From Takakia lepidozioides (lineage: Eukaryota > Plantae > Bryophyta), in contig CM060732.1 in the NCBI GenBank assembly GCA_030704615.1, positions 12,648,001 through 12,712,000 of the forward strand: a stretch of DNA of 64,000 nt, in the 5' to 3' direction. Shown piece after piece: positions 40,090-53,816 of this stretch. Made by a program: the position numbers and the translations under genes. How positions within the stretch are numbered: the first letter of the stretch is position 1; each line of letters opens with the position of its first letter. The notes under the pieces are model-generated. The model was not told where the DNA came from. It ran no database searches and worked only from the letters and a program-made list of their open reading frames with translations.

Positions 40090-43000
40090 CACTATGACAA
40101 GATGACAACAGGCAGGTGTGGTCACCGGTGGCAGCCTTGCACATAAGGATTATTTCATATATATTGCATGGAGAAACTATGATTGTAAAAAACCTGAGAA
40201 TATGGGTGCTTTCAACAACCACTAGGGACGGGCAACTTGCCTACAACCAAGGCATGCGACAGGCCAGATGGCACATTATATTCTGTCTCGATCGCCCACT
40301 TTGCGGAAGCTAGGCCATAAGCAAGTGCTTTCACCATGTCAGCGTTTGCTGAAAGAGAGACCAATGTTCCGGCCACCAAGCAGTCCCCAGCCCCACTAAG
40401 ATTCACAATTGAGGCATGTAGAGCTGGAAAATGCAAGCATGTGACTGAAAACTGGCCTTCTTTGGAATCTGGTATGCCAGGTTTTGACCCTCCGAATGCA
40501 TTGATATGGTCAGCCAGTATGGCTCCTTCATGTGCAGGCAGCTCCCTTACTGACAAATTACTGTTTGCCAAGCAGATTTAGAGTATCAATTTTCCTATCA
40601 TTAGCTCCCCTAAATCAATAAGAGTACTCTGGGTGTAGGCAAATCTACAGCCAATCCTCTCTGTTGACAAGCCCCAATGATAGTAGGATTTTCATATTAC
40701 AGTGGGTATCAGAAAGGTGGTGAATCCACCTTAATTCACTGTGCTACATATAAACAGGCAGATTCCTCATGACTGATAAAACCCAAGAGCATAATGAGCA
40801 TAATGGCCTTAGGCTTCAAAACAGATACCGGAGCAGTGAGCAACAGTAGAATGAACTGAATACAGAACTGATTAGGAAATACATGGTGTTGAATGCACTC
40901 CCACTTTGCCTTTAACGGCCTGATTCTTTCATAGTGTCTTACGATTTGTGTCGTACCTGAGTGAATGAATAGTGGAAGGAGGAAGATCGGCTGAGCAGAG
41001 GACAGCACCAAGTCCACCAAGAGTGAGTATAATGTATTTCAAGCCTGCCTGAAGTAAAACCCGAATTGAATGCCTCAACTGCCAGATTACAGCAGTCGGG
41101 CTGGTTAGATATGTCTTTGAATCCTCATTATCGACTGGTTTGCTCCTCTCACCATTCTGATAAAGAGCATCTGCCATTGCAACAAGCTCAGCCTCATTGG
41201 GTGAGACATATGTGATCTGTAGCACACACAAATATAGTTATCCTCAACACATAGCAATGCCAGAATGTCCCATAATTAGACCAAGCACTTGGGAGTGCCA
41301 AAACCTCTCCCTCGACCTTTCTGGACATCATGTGAACGTAGTAAACGTCTTTCTTCTTCTCACTCGCACGTCAAATCTCTTTCAAGCAAAGGTATTTGCA
41401 GTCAATATCCACCTTGTGGACATTGTGAATGTTCATTCTTTTTCTTGCGGGTTTGTCAAACAGTGAACCTACAGAGGGCGGGGATCAGCATTGATCTCAG
41501 CTTCACATACCGCAAAAAACAGGTGCAACTGTGGAATGTATATTGATGTCAAATTGAAGTTATGGTAAAGATCATGCTTGAGTGGATCTTGCTAGCCAGA
41601 CTCAACTTCCTGTTTTGATAGGGAAACACTGGGCATGGGGTCTATGGTCACAAGGAAAAATTAAGGGATGTCTTGCTGCAAATTCTTTTTCACTCTACAG
41701 CACATCATCAGACAACTCATCTTTCCTAGCAAGTCATCTTGGTATACAGCCTACTCTTGAATGGTAACGTATGGACTTTGTGATAACACACATGTACAGT
41801 ACTCACAAGGTCAAGAAGATTTGTAGCTCTGACAGATTTGGCCACTGACACTGGCTCATACCAAACTGGTACTCTTGCCTCCTTTGCCACTGCAAATGAA
41901 TGGAGGAACAATGAATGCCAAATATCAGGTCTGTATCCACTCAGGTAAACGTCTCTCCAGCCTCCACCTTACAGCTAGTTTTAAAGTCAGCATAGGGGAT
42001 TCAGCCTCAAATTTCACTTAGAAAACATGGCATCATAGAGCTCTAGAACAGGCTCAATAGTATCTTTTTACCAGAAGATCAATGATATAATGCTTACAAT
42101 TGCAAGCAGCTTCCAATGCTGAGGGCAGCAGATTGGCATCAAGCATGACAATAGGTGCACATCTGATAGCCTCTGCAAACTGAGTGATCCATTCAGGTGT
42201 CAAATGCTCCTCCTGCCCACATAGCGCCCACCCCTGACATGTAACACTTGCAAAGCTACATCCTCTCATACCAGACATGTGTTTCATTGCCCCTGACTGT
42301 CACTTCCCTTCTTGCAGTGAGGGGGATGTAACTCCAGGATATTTGCATGCATACGCAATCTGGACTTCTATGGGTGCAATAAATTACAGCAAAACAAGCA
42401 CACCATCAAATCCTGTCTGTCGCCACTGCGTACTGTCTTGGCCTATCCTCCATAAGAGTTCAACAACAATGTTTGCAAAGGGATAGGGGTTGTTTCATGG
42501 AATGCCATAACTGCATACAGATACCACTACCCCACAGACAGTGGCAAGCATTGACTTACGATAGCAGAAGTATCTGCCACAGCTGCAGCCACCTCGCCTT
42601 GCTTGTCAAAGACTGCTGAAACTACAGGTGTATTTGCCCCTGCACACCTGCGAATCCCTGCCTTCCTCCCTTTAGCAAAATCCGAGTCTGTATGTTATAG
42701 CCATAATGCAACAGCAAGCACAACGGCAACCTGGAAGACTGTTGAAGTTAATCTGAACACAACAATGTTCACTTCAGTATGTGTTGATTTATGTGACTTC
42801 ACAAACATACAGAAAAACCTTGAGGCAAAGCCAAGAAACGCTGACAAGATCAGCAGCTATTCTCCTCTATCTCCCCCTAAAAGTATTATCCTCCCAGCCA
42901 AAAGAGCATTGAGACTCACCACTGACAGAAAGTCCTAGCGATTTCCAATGTGTGAGGAGTGCATCCCCTGCATACAGAGACAGACCCCTTCCTCAAGTTT

Positions 43001-44272
43001 AATCCCAGCTTACTACTGCCACATTGTTTCTGTTGGCAGGAAAATATAAAGATTGTGCTTCTTTAAGCAAGAAGAAAAGTACTGACGGTGAGAACATCCT
43101 TCGAGAATCATAAAGTTCATAGAATGCAACACACTCTCCTACCTGGAATGTCTTCACCAACCACACTGATGAGAAATGGGTTGGTTCCCAATATTGCCAT
43201 GCTTTCAGCCACGTTCCTTGCAACCCCCCCTTGGACGTATCGCACCTGCAAAAGCATTCTGCGCAATTTATTGCAACAGTTCCAGTAATGAAAGGTGGAA
43301 GCTTAAAAAGGCTGACCTCTGGCAAGTTCCTTAGTAATGAGATGGTAAGCAAAACCAGATAAGTTGTCCAAACGTTCCAAAGTCTGCAATCTCCAAGATT
43401 TCTCTGCCTCTCCCAAATTCTTTCACAAATCAATATGAGGGGAAGGGTATCCTCTCAAAGGAAGCCCACAACAATCAGGCATAATCCATGCCACTCTCTA
43501 TCACATAATCTGAAGTACTAAATTGTTGATTGTATTGGACCAAAAGTGTAATCGAGCAACAAAAGACATGCCAGTTAAGGAGCATTAAACAACTTGGCCA
43601 GGCGTGGTGGTCCCACGTGTCAGTCCCTGTGCAGAGGGTGTAGCCTGAATGTCAAGGACCATTCCTCCTATTACCACTGGCAATCCTTCCTTGGGTCTCC
43701 CACTGTTCTCTTTGGCCTGCAAATTCTTACAGCAGTATACACTCAATGTTAAACATAAAATCTGCAAACACTGTAAATATCCCTACCCTGCAAATTCTCT
43801 GTCCTTCTCTCATTTCACATAACTGAGTACAGATTGTAGGAATTCATATTAAGCTGTCCTCAGCTCTCATAGCTTAAGGCTTCAGCGGTGGCTCAACGGC
43901 AGGCATACCCTCACACACAGCAACGGACTGAGGAGGAATTACACATACTACAGACAACACCTACACCCACTACGGAAAAAGACAACGCGCGCACACACGC
44001 ACAACCTAAGTCGGAAGAGCCACGATGAACTGCAAAGAGGAGAAGAAGATAGAAAGGAAAACAGTAGAGGGCATGCCTGCCACCACTCTCGATCGTGTAG
44101 ATCCAGAAAATTGTTAACATCATCGGACAGCAGCATACCGAGACACAAGCCCTATCTCTCTCGCTAAACCCTGGTGGATGCGAACCCCACATAAGGCTCC
44201 GGGAGGTTTACTTTCCCCCGGGGTCAATGGCCGTAAGGCTATGGCAAGCCCTACAGGAACGGCATGAGACAT

Positions 44273-44303
<31 letters not shown>

Positions 44304-44573
44304 AAATGTGGCGGGGGCCCCACTATTCTGATCAGTTCGTCTTTTCTTTTCCTTCGTCACATAAGCTCTTTGAGCTTCCCCGTGCATGTTCTTCCTTTCG
44401 ACTTTCTTTCTGTCCTCTCACTCTCTCATAGGTAACAACTGCTAAATTGTTATACTAAAACAATCAACAGTAGGTAAGGCATGAAGCACCAGTGAAGGGG
44501 ACGCCGATGGACCAGTAAAGGATGTAAAATGATGCGCAAGGGTAGCAAGCCGTCGCTGCTGCATCAGCTCCAT
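39347..44573 (-). CDS. PfkB-family carbohydrate kinase, probable peroxisomal pseudouridine kinase (PUKI-like)
   Basis: Exons 44573-44490, 43716-43594, 43245-43143, 42967-42920, 42657-42560, 42212-42098, 41889-41807, 41216-40957, 40560-40241 and 39393-39347 join in phase. Motifs VVIGGMVLD, GGVARNVAE, VMLDANL, YEPVSVAKS, SPNEAEL and NLSGAGDCLVAG. N-terminal PTS2 RLATLAHHF. First and last exons are less certain. Confidence 0.88.
40052..40088. repeat. (AG)n microsatellite
   Basis: Run of AG dinucleotides in the last kinase intron. Confidence 0.9.
44273..44298. repeat. (CT)n microsatellite
   Basis: Run of CT dinucleotides in the first kinase intron. Confidence 0.9.
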
Positions 44574-46824
44574 TTCTATGTAGCGCTTTCCTACTCTTCT
44601 CTTATCGGCTCTTGTTTCTTGATTTGGTGCCGCTCTCAGAAAGAGTACTCATCCATGAAACTCCTTACCTTCCCGCGTTCCAAGCTTCAAGTTCACTGTT
44701 TCAATGCACTGTCATCAGTTCTCTTCTCTCACAAACAGGTCATGAACTCGCAACATGCCAGGGTCTTATCTTCCTCGAGAGTGAATGTAATTGATCATGT
44801 TTCATGAAGTACCTAAAAAGGTTCTTTTATTCCGCTGAGAAAGGCCACTTTATACAAATATCCAGAGCGAGAATATGGCGGCTAGCTAGGGTATGGAGTC
44901 ACGCCAAGAGTCATAAAGCCCCGCGAGACACAATCAAACATTCCCATAAGTTGTGAGCCATAAATGCAGCACCCTGCACGCACGCCACACTACACTGCTG
45001 TCAACACAAATGTCCCTCCAGTACCGGCACCAATTGCTGACCACCAAGGTTCGCCTATAGAGGACGACTGGTTACACTGGAATATTGTCCTACACACACA
45101 TTCCGCTCAAAATGTGACGTAACAGGGCTGGTGCCAGCCAGCCCAGAGCATGAAACGGGCGTAACCTACTGGGTGACGCCAACATACTATTATACTGTAA
45201 CCACTATTTCGAGCGGGTAGAGGTTCCCGCCCAGCCTTTCTGACCCGTGTCCCTCAACAAGTTTCAAATTTGAATCCCCTGCTCATCCGCTTTCAAATTG
45301 GTCGTGCTGGACTGTGCCTGTCCTATAGCCAGGTTTCGCCAAAATAAATGAGAAATGAGTGCTTCAATTGTTTTGTTTGTTTTTCCTTTTCTTTGAAAAA
45401 TATATAAAATGAAATAGAGAGGACATATTTGTTTTGCTGCACCGCATTGATGAAGGGTTGAACTTTAGACCTTTCATAGGGGTCGTACAACTGCGAATCG
45501 CGCACTGAACATAAAATTTTCCTTTGTAAATTGAAGTACCTTCCTGTCCGGAAACCGTTCCACAGATTCAACGTTATCGCCCCAAGAGTACAATGGAACA
45601 TCCTTTGCCCCCCGCGCAATTTGCCTTATTTTACCAGGTAAAGTTTCCGCCCTTGGGCTAGGATTCTCAAATCTTGCTTTATGGGGTTTGATATTTCCTC
45701 ACTAGTTCTCATAATGTACAGTCACCGCATTTCGGTTCTTATAAAGCTGAGAGACTTGTACACGAACTTTACCTCTTCCAAGGACGGCACATGAAACTGG
45801 TTGTCTGTAAAGATGCCTCCAACAAAGCTGGGAGCTGTCGTCACCCTATTTTATCACAGTTGATCTTTGTGTTATGAGGCCTTTAAAATATTCTTAAGAA
45901 AATATTACTATAAACAATTCCTACCTCAACATTTTCTATCTTTTCTTTTGTGTTTCAGTGAACGGGTCCCCTTTGGCCTTTGCCCGGGCTGGTCCTATTT
46001 ACCCTATCGTTTGGAAAACCTTACCATATATTTTCAAAACAAAAGTAATGTAAGCTTATTATCATATCAGTATAATAATAACAGAATATTATTCTTTGGG
46101 TGCGTCCCTCGCCCGATCGCCCGTCTGCTTCATGGCTCTTTGGGGTTTATTCTTTTCCCCTAAATTCGATAAAATATCGGGACTTCATCCCCTTTCCAAA
46201 TATATATATATATTTTTTATTAGGACTAAGGTACCTCCTTATATGATGCTTTTCTTCTATGTTATTTTTTTCAAAGAAACTCTATGCTAATAGTAATGTA
46301 AACATTTTTTCCCCTCAAATAAACTTAATAAAGTTCCCAGGGCGACAGTCCCTGTTCTCTAAAGTAAATATATATATATATATAAACGGAAAAAAAAAAC
46401 AGGTAGTACTAATTACTAACTACGCAGCTGGCAGTTTTTTGGTTGTCAATAAGAAATTATTCCATTGTGTCACCTTATGGCTTGGGTTTTAATTGTTTTT
46501 TCCCCGCCTTCTTTCTTTTCCCCCAAGAACTAAAATGAAATTACCAAAAGAAAACCCGAAATGATGGTGCCTAAACCAAGTTTGTGGTAGGTTGAAAGAG
46601 AGGGCTGTGCACGGTACTCACGTTCCCCTCCCGAATTGAACGCTGCTCGGTCGGCGACGGTGTGTGAGGAAGGCCGGTGAAGGGTGACCGGCGGACCGTT
46701 GTAGTGGCAAGGCTCTTGCCGCCGAAAAGCGCTCCCTTCTAAAAATTGCTTCCCTCTTACGACCACTTTGCATCATTGTCTGTGCACAGTCTGTATTTTT
46801 CAAAGCTTTTCTCCAACCCTAGCG

Positions 46825-49800
46825 ATGGCGGACACTGCTGCCGAGGCCCCGCCTAATGGGAAGCCTATAGAGGAACGAGAGGCGGAAGGCGACGTGGTGA
46901 AGGTGGAGGTAGTGCAGGAGAATGCGGGTGTAGGGGAGAGTGACAGGGAGGTGACTGTGGAGGAGGAGGTGAAAGGAGAAGCGATGGAGGAAGGTAAAGA
47001 GAATGCAGAAGGAGTAGCGGAGGAGGAGGTTAAGGAGGCCGTGAAACTGGATAAGGTGGAAGAGCAACCAGAGGTGAAGGAGGGGGGGAATGTGGAAGAA
47101 AGACATGAAAGCAATGAGGAGGAGAAAGTTGCGGACAAAGAGGAACCTGGAACGAAGGAAGCAGGTGAAGAACACGCGAAAGATGAAAAGAAGGAGGTAT
47201 TAGAGGAGGAAGAGAAAGAGGAAGAGGAAGTGAAAGAGGAAACGAAGGAACTGAAGGAAGCAGAAGGAAACTTGAAAGAGGAAACGGAGGAGGCAGCAGA
47301 AGAGAACGTGGAAGTGGAAACGAAGGAATCCGTAGAAGAGGAAACGAAGGAGGCAGGAGAAGAGGATGTGAAAGTTGATGCCATGGAGATTGATGAGACA
47401 GCTAAGGTGGACGCAGAAGTGGAAAAAGAAGAAGAGGAAATTGAGGCAGAGGAAGAAGAGGAGGAAGTAATTACACCCGCACCGCAAAAGAAAAAACCAG
47501 GAAGACCAAGGAAAGCGGACGCTGTGGTTAAACCTGGGGTTAAACCTGTGGAGAAAACGCCGATCGAGAGCAAGAAGAGGCCTCGGCAAAAGAAGGAAAT
47601 TCCCGCTTCTTCTGTAGAGAGACCAGCTCGCGAGCGCAAGTCCATCGAAAGGTTTATTGCGTCAGCTGAAAAAGACAGGACGAAGGAAGTTCAGATAAAG
47701 CAGGTATGCTGTTTGCGTGTTGAGTGCGTTTACTGGAGGGCATGCTTTTGCTATCGCCTTTGCCAGTTTCTTTGAAGGAGGTTCCGTCAGGGGTTTACAT
47801 TGCCTCGGTTCTTTCTAGGTGACGCTGTTTTTCTTATTATCGTGAATTATACTTTTTTTCTTTTTGCTCCACCTCGCCTTAGCAAAGGAAGGTATTGAAG
47901 TGTTAGCTTTCTTCTTTGCTCTTTGTGTTGTCTGCAGGCTTTCAATCATCTAAAACATCCATTTTTTATTCTCTTGTTATGCAGGGCGATGGTACTTCCC
48001 TCAAGGATATTCCAAACGGTAAGCAGCTTGTCTCTCTCTTCTTACTCAATAGGATGTCTCTCCACAGCCTGTCTTCCTCCCCCCTGTGTAATATGTCCTG
48101 GCCATCATTTCCCCCCTACTATGGGTTATTGATGGAATAGATAAAGGAACCACTTTTCTGTAAGCAGCTCTGAGGAAAGCTGGCATTCGCATCTTCTGGT
48201 ACTTTCAGAGCGAACCAGTCTTCCATTGTCTCAAAGGAAAATGGCCTCTTCTGGGTTGAATTGGTACCTATGCACTCAATGTGAACTTCAAACACAGTTG
48301 AGCTGGCATTGCTTTGCTTAGAAAGTAGTGAACTAATAGTGCCACTCGAAACTTTTCTACACTTCTGGCAGTAGGCTCTCCTTATAATGAGCTCCCACTG
48401 CCGGCCCCCCAACCCCCCCTTCTTTTCTTGAGCTATGGGACCTCAATCGTATGTTGCTGATCCTTCTCACTATGCCCCCCCACAGCTCTAATGCAGCTCC
48501 ATCTTGTCACCCTGGTTACTAGCTCTGTAGATTTAAATACAATGGACCCTCTTGTTTGAAGATCCTCTCTTGTTATGGCTCGGTATTGAGTGGAACATGG
48601 AGTTTCTCCCACGCATGTAACAAAAGTCCTTGTTCAACTGACTGCTGCAAACCTGGTACATTTGTATAGCATATTGCATCGCTTTGTCTCCTGATGATAG
48701 GTTCGTGGATTTTCATTGCAGTTTTGTACAAGATCAGCAAAAGGGCCAGGAATGATGACATTCTGTACACTTTGTATTCCCTTCTATTTAACAAACGTGG
48801 AAAGGTATGTGTTTTCCATCACCAACAGGGATGTTGCTGGGAACAGTTATCTTTATTCTGGCCTCTTGCACATGTCCCAAGGAAAAATGTGGTTGTTCCT
48901 TCAAGGCTGGAGCACAAGCTGGCCTGCCTACAGGCTCAGCAACCGTGCCAATGAGTAAGACATACTCTTAAGAGGATTTGATGTATGTTCGGATATTGAC
49001 ATACAAGATGCTTCCGTGTAAAGCATCCATCACAAGGAGCTGGCCTTTGGCATGCCCTGACAATGATGAATACAGTCTTTAGAGACTGCTCTAAGTGTGA
49101 ACTGTAAGTGACAGGCAGTCCTACTTGTTGGTCTGCTTTATGTATAACAATCCTTCCTTGCGGATTAAAGAGCCCCTCTTTTTTGGTGGTGCTGCAGCAT
49201 GGCCCACTAGAAGATGCAGCAGATGCAAGGGCCTTGCATTCACACTTTGGTTCTTATAAGGATGGTATTGCACCATACCTTTACCAATTCCTTTAACACA
49301 TAAGATTAAGAAGTCATCTAAAGTGATGAGAAACAAGGGAGTTAGCACATTGCCTCTCTTCTCCTCCCTTGTACAAGAAAAAAAATTTACACCCTCTGGA
49401 CCATTTAACGTGTCGGTGTTCTGTGAATAGGCCTGAAACTAGATTACTTGACCTGCCAGAGCTGTCTCAAGGTTTGAACCTTTTGTCAGCCTCAGCTGTA
49501 GCTAAAGATAGACTGCTTGGAAAATGTGGCATGTGTGTGACCGTGTGCTTCTGTGCAGGCTTCGGTTCTCAAGCATCACATCATGCAATTTTCAGGATAT
49601 GCTTGGGGTGACAATCTGGTATGTCCTTTTGGTACCATGTGCGTCCCTTTGTCTGTTTGTGTGAAAATGGACAAAGAAGTTCTCTAAGTATCCTTGTAAA
49701 AGAGTCAAACTGAATGTCTTGTGGAGGTAGAGAGAGCCTTATTGTTTTCAAGTCATTATTATGAGAGGCATTTCAAAAAAATCTTACCTGTGATCTCCAT

Positions 49801-52800
49801 GGTTGTTTGTCTCCTCAGTCACTCATATTTGTGAGCAAATATGAGTGTGTATGCTTTTAAGAAGCAGGGCTTATCTCGATAAAACTGCCATGTCATGATG
49901 AACAGGAGAAGGAAAGATCAAGAGTGAGGGAGAAGCTGGAACGCTATAACAAGGAAAACTTGGCCCAGCTTGTGGATGTATTGGACCTTCATGTGTCAAA
50001 GACTGGGAAAAAGGTATCCAATCTTTCCCAACATCGTTGTTGGTCATGGCCGGTGTTGCTTTATGGCTGCTTCTGCTGTGATGCTGGGTGTCAGCTTTTC
50101 CTGATAACCCCAACATTATGTTTCAAAGTCTAGCCTGTGCTGTCACTCCTGACTGACGATTGTGCCACATGTTTGCAGGAAGAGCTCGTGGGGAAAGTAT
50201 TGGAGTTTCTGGAGAAACCCCATAAGACAACAGAAGTCCTACTGCAAGAGAAAGAAGAGGTACAGGGATAGTCAGGTCAATTTGTCACTGAGATGAGCCT
50301 ACCTTCCTTTGTCCTCCTGTGAAGCAGCTAGGTATTGGGGCTCCTTCGAGAAGTTAAGTGAAAGCTATATGTTATGTGCGGAGTCATTCTATCTCACAAA
50401 GTAGATGTCCCTCATTACCACCACAAACTGGAGCAAACCGTTGCGATCATTGAATGAGTATGCTCTTATTTCTGAGTTGTGAATGTGCTGGGGTGCACAT
50501 GGGTGTCTGCCAGCTATTGATGCTGCTGTCAGACGTCAAACTGTGGGGATGTCTTGCGGGTTAACAATTGTGAGTAGGTTGGGGTCCTTTCCTCATACAT
50601 ACTGCATTGGACCACAGTTAGACCTAGGATGCTTCAGTATTAAACAATAGCCCGACCTCTTCTGTCCCTTCCTCAGTGCATCCCCTTTTAGTCTCATCAT
50701 AAGTGCATGATGGAGTTCATCTTGTGCCAAGTAATAATATAGCCTGAGAATGAGGGACCTCCTTGAGCTCTCACCCTCCACTTTTTGCTTAGGGGGATGC
50801 TGTATGTGGTACGCCTTTCAGACTTGTCCTAGACTGATGAGACACCTTTTCAACCGTTGGGGTTTTCTTACACTGGAATTTCTCATTATTAACATGGGAT
50901 CTGGACTGCAAGGAGAAGCAGTTGAGAGAGAAGAAACGGAAAAGCATGGGGAAGAGATCCTCAGGAAAAAGGCTGCCAGGAAGGCCTCCAAAGGTGATTC
51001 TAGATTTATGCTTAATTGAGTGTGTAAGGAGTAAGTTATTTCAAAATTAGGAAATTCTTGCAATACATGGATTCTGTTACAGGTTGTGTGTGTCTGACTG
51101 ACATCTATAGTCAGAATGTCATAGAAGGCAATTGGCACTCGGGATTTCCAGCTATTCACCAAGAAAGTTTCCTGTTTTTCCTTGTAGAGATTGCAGATAT
51201 TTGTGACTTTTGGTAAACTGTCAAGTGTGGGTATTGCTATTGAGGTGATGGGACTGGTGGTATTACTGGTGCAATAGGTGTTTTGTATGGATGGAGAGAG
51301 TATCATATGTTATTTCCTTGCATAGTTGCCTGCTTAGATGCCTTCAAGTTAGCCTGACCTCATCCAGTAAGGAGCTTCAGTTGGGTTTTGACAAAGAATC
51401 TTCAGAAATGAGGCAATATGGTGTTTTCTAATTGTCTAATGGATTGTTTGGCTCTTTGCAGAAGCAAAAGGTTGATGGTGAATCTTCAGCGAAAGGTGGA
51501 AGGAGAAAGAAGGATGCTGACGAGAGTGATGATGATGAATCAGCCAAGAGTGATGATGATGACTCTTTAGAGGAGGAGGAGACAGAGAAGAAGCGGCTCA
51601 CATTCAAAGATGATGAAGAGGATGAAAACCCTGAGGAAGAGGAGGAAGAAGAGGAAGAGGAGGAGAAAAAGAAACCTGCAAAGAAGGCATCCAAGGCCTC
51701 TTCCAAGGAGGAAAGTGATGTTGGTGTAAGTGGCCTTTGGTACTTAATTTGGTTGGATCCATCTAAAAGCTAGTGCTAGTAGCATAACTAATTACAAATA
51801 CTCCATTGCCAAATGTAGCTTTTCTGGCACAACTTCAACTTGAATGTCTAAGTGGGGTTCTTCTGGAAGGACACATCTGTGAAAGTACAGTCCTGCTCCC
51901 ACTGACACCCAGCAGATTTTGGTATGTAGCAACTTGGCAATTGCCACCAGCAAATGTCATGGATGAGATTCACCACCTCTTGTGGAAGAGGATGGGAGAG
52001 CTCTCTGTTAGGGTGCGAATGACTGGAGGCCAAGGTCTTTTGGGCAAATTGAGCTCAATAATTTGGAAGGTTGAAAAGTCGTCGGACTTGTGTTCTTATC
52101 TTTGTTCACTTTCTTGCTCTCATAGAAAAAAACCAAGGCTAAAGAGGAAGGTGAATCAGAGGAGGCTCAGTCATCCAAGAAGTCTGTGAAAAAGACACCA
52201 GCGAAGCAACCAGTTCCTGACAGCCCTCCAAAGTCGTCTTCAAAGCCAATTGAGAAGGTTTACACGAAGAGCTCCAGAAAGCCCCATAAGGAGACAGAGA
52301 AAGAGAAGAAAGAGGCAGCAAAAACTCCGGCTCCACGTGGAAGGCCAAGGAAGACAGATGTTGTGCCTGCAAAAAAGTCAGCATCTAAGGAAAAGGGTAA
52401 GCATGGGACCTGCAGGTTTTGAGGACTTCACCTTATTACATTGTATTTGCTTGTGGATACGAACTGTTACAGTAGGTTGTACCCAGTTAGCAACATACGA
52501 CTGTTGTAACTAATGGTCTCCACTTTGTTTTGGGTCACTATTTGTGAAGCCTCCTTTTCCAGTGCAGCATCTGTAGGCTGTAGTAGCCTGCTTTCCATAG
52601 ATCTCCTTGATAAACACTGCTTTCTTCAAAACTATTCAATCCTTCAGGATGTGTTGAACACTTCATACCATCAGCTTGTTGGATCAAGCTGTTACCCGGG
52701 ACTGCACACTTGACTTTCCATATGCACAGCAAGGACCTTCTTTGGAGTTGCTTCAATGGTCAATATTTAGTCCATAGTTTCTGTGAAGCCGTGGCCTGTA

Positions 52801-53816
52801 AGTTAATTAATCAGCTAGTCAGTCTTTTGCTCTGGTAGACTTCTATGGGGTGTTGGGTTTTTGTTTTATCATGGGTCATAGTTTGTGAAGAGTTCGTGAC
52901 TTGACAGAGGTTCCCTGTGTTTTGGTGCAGATGCAGGGAAGGAGAGGAAATCAGATTCGGTGAAAGGAAGGAAACCTAGGAAGAAAAAGATTCCAACCGA
53001 TGAAGAAATGCAAGCTGAGATCCGAGAACTTCTCAAGGAAGCTGACTTCAGCAAGGTTAGTTGGCCGGTAGAGAGGTTACAGGCGACATTAATTTACATG
53101 TCTGTGTGCACACTTGGGTTTCTTCAGGGAGAGGTATGTAGGTGAGTTACTTCATATAGGGACATCAGATTATTGTCACATAGGGATTTTCCCTTCACAT
53201 TCCGTCCAGTTTAAGCTGGTGTTTGTGCATGAAACTCTTGAAGTTTCATGAAGTAGAAGAAACCAGTTTGTTTTAGCATTTAAGAAGTCAACAATCTGGT
53301 TGGGTTTATCTTTTAGTAATGTTTCTGACATGCTACTTAATTCTGTGTATGCAGGTCACTTTCACTGATGTTGTCAGCCAACTTGGTATGTCTTACTGAA
53401 CCTTTCCATCCTCGGTACACTCACTGACTTGTGATACAGCTGGTAACTACAGTTGTGTTATGCATTGCCCACAGTTGCTGCAATGAAAAGCAGCAAGATC
53501 AATGTGGAAGAACTCCTCATGTGCCAGAGCTTCATATTCAGTGCTTGCTTAGTTTTAAGCTGATGGATATTTGGATTTAAGCTGGAAATGTCTTTGCAGT
53601 TTCTGACAGTTGCTTTCTGTGGTGAATTTGGCTGGTGCTTTTTTAGAGGTCAAGTTTGAGGTGGACCTCTCTGAGCAGAAGGCACATGTGAAAAAGCTCA
53701 TTAAGTTAGAAATCAGCAAGGTTGCAGAAGAGGCTGATGATGAACCAGAACCAGAGAATGATTCGGACCCAAAGGGTTCAGTAGACCAACAGGTGGAAGG
53801 CGAGGAAGTTGATTGA
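46825..53816 (+). CDS. DEK domain-containing chromatin-associated protein (multi-exon)
   Basis: Acidic exon 1 (46825-47703) ending ERPARERKSIERF..IKQ. Then GDGTSLKDIPN (47985-48018), LYKISKR..LYSLLF (48722-48804), LKHHIMQFSGY, VREKLERYNKE..DVLDL, EELVGKVLEFLEKP, K/E-rich exons, and DEK-C PTDEEMQAEIRELLKEADFSK/VTFTDVVSQL/KFEVDLSEQKAHVKKLIK. Stop at 53816. Confidence 0.92.

Noticed and set aside
46800-47645. 281-aa Ser-rich minus-strand ORF
   Set aside because: Antisense shadow of the Glu-rich DEK exon 1.
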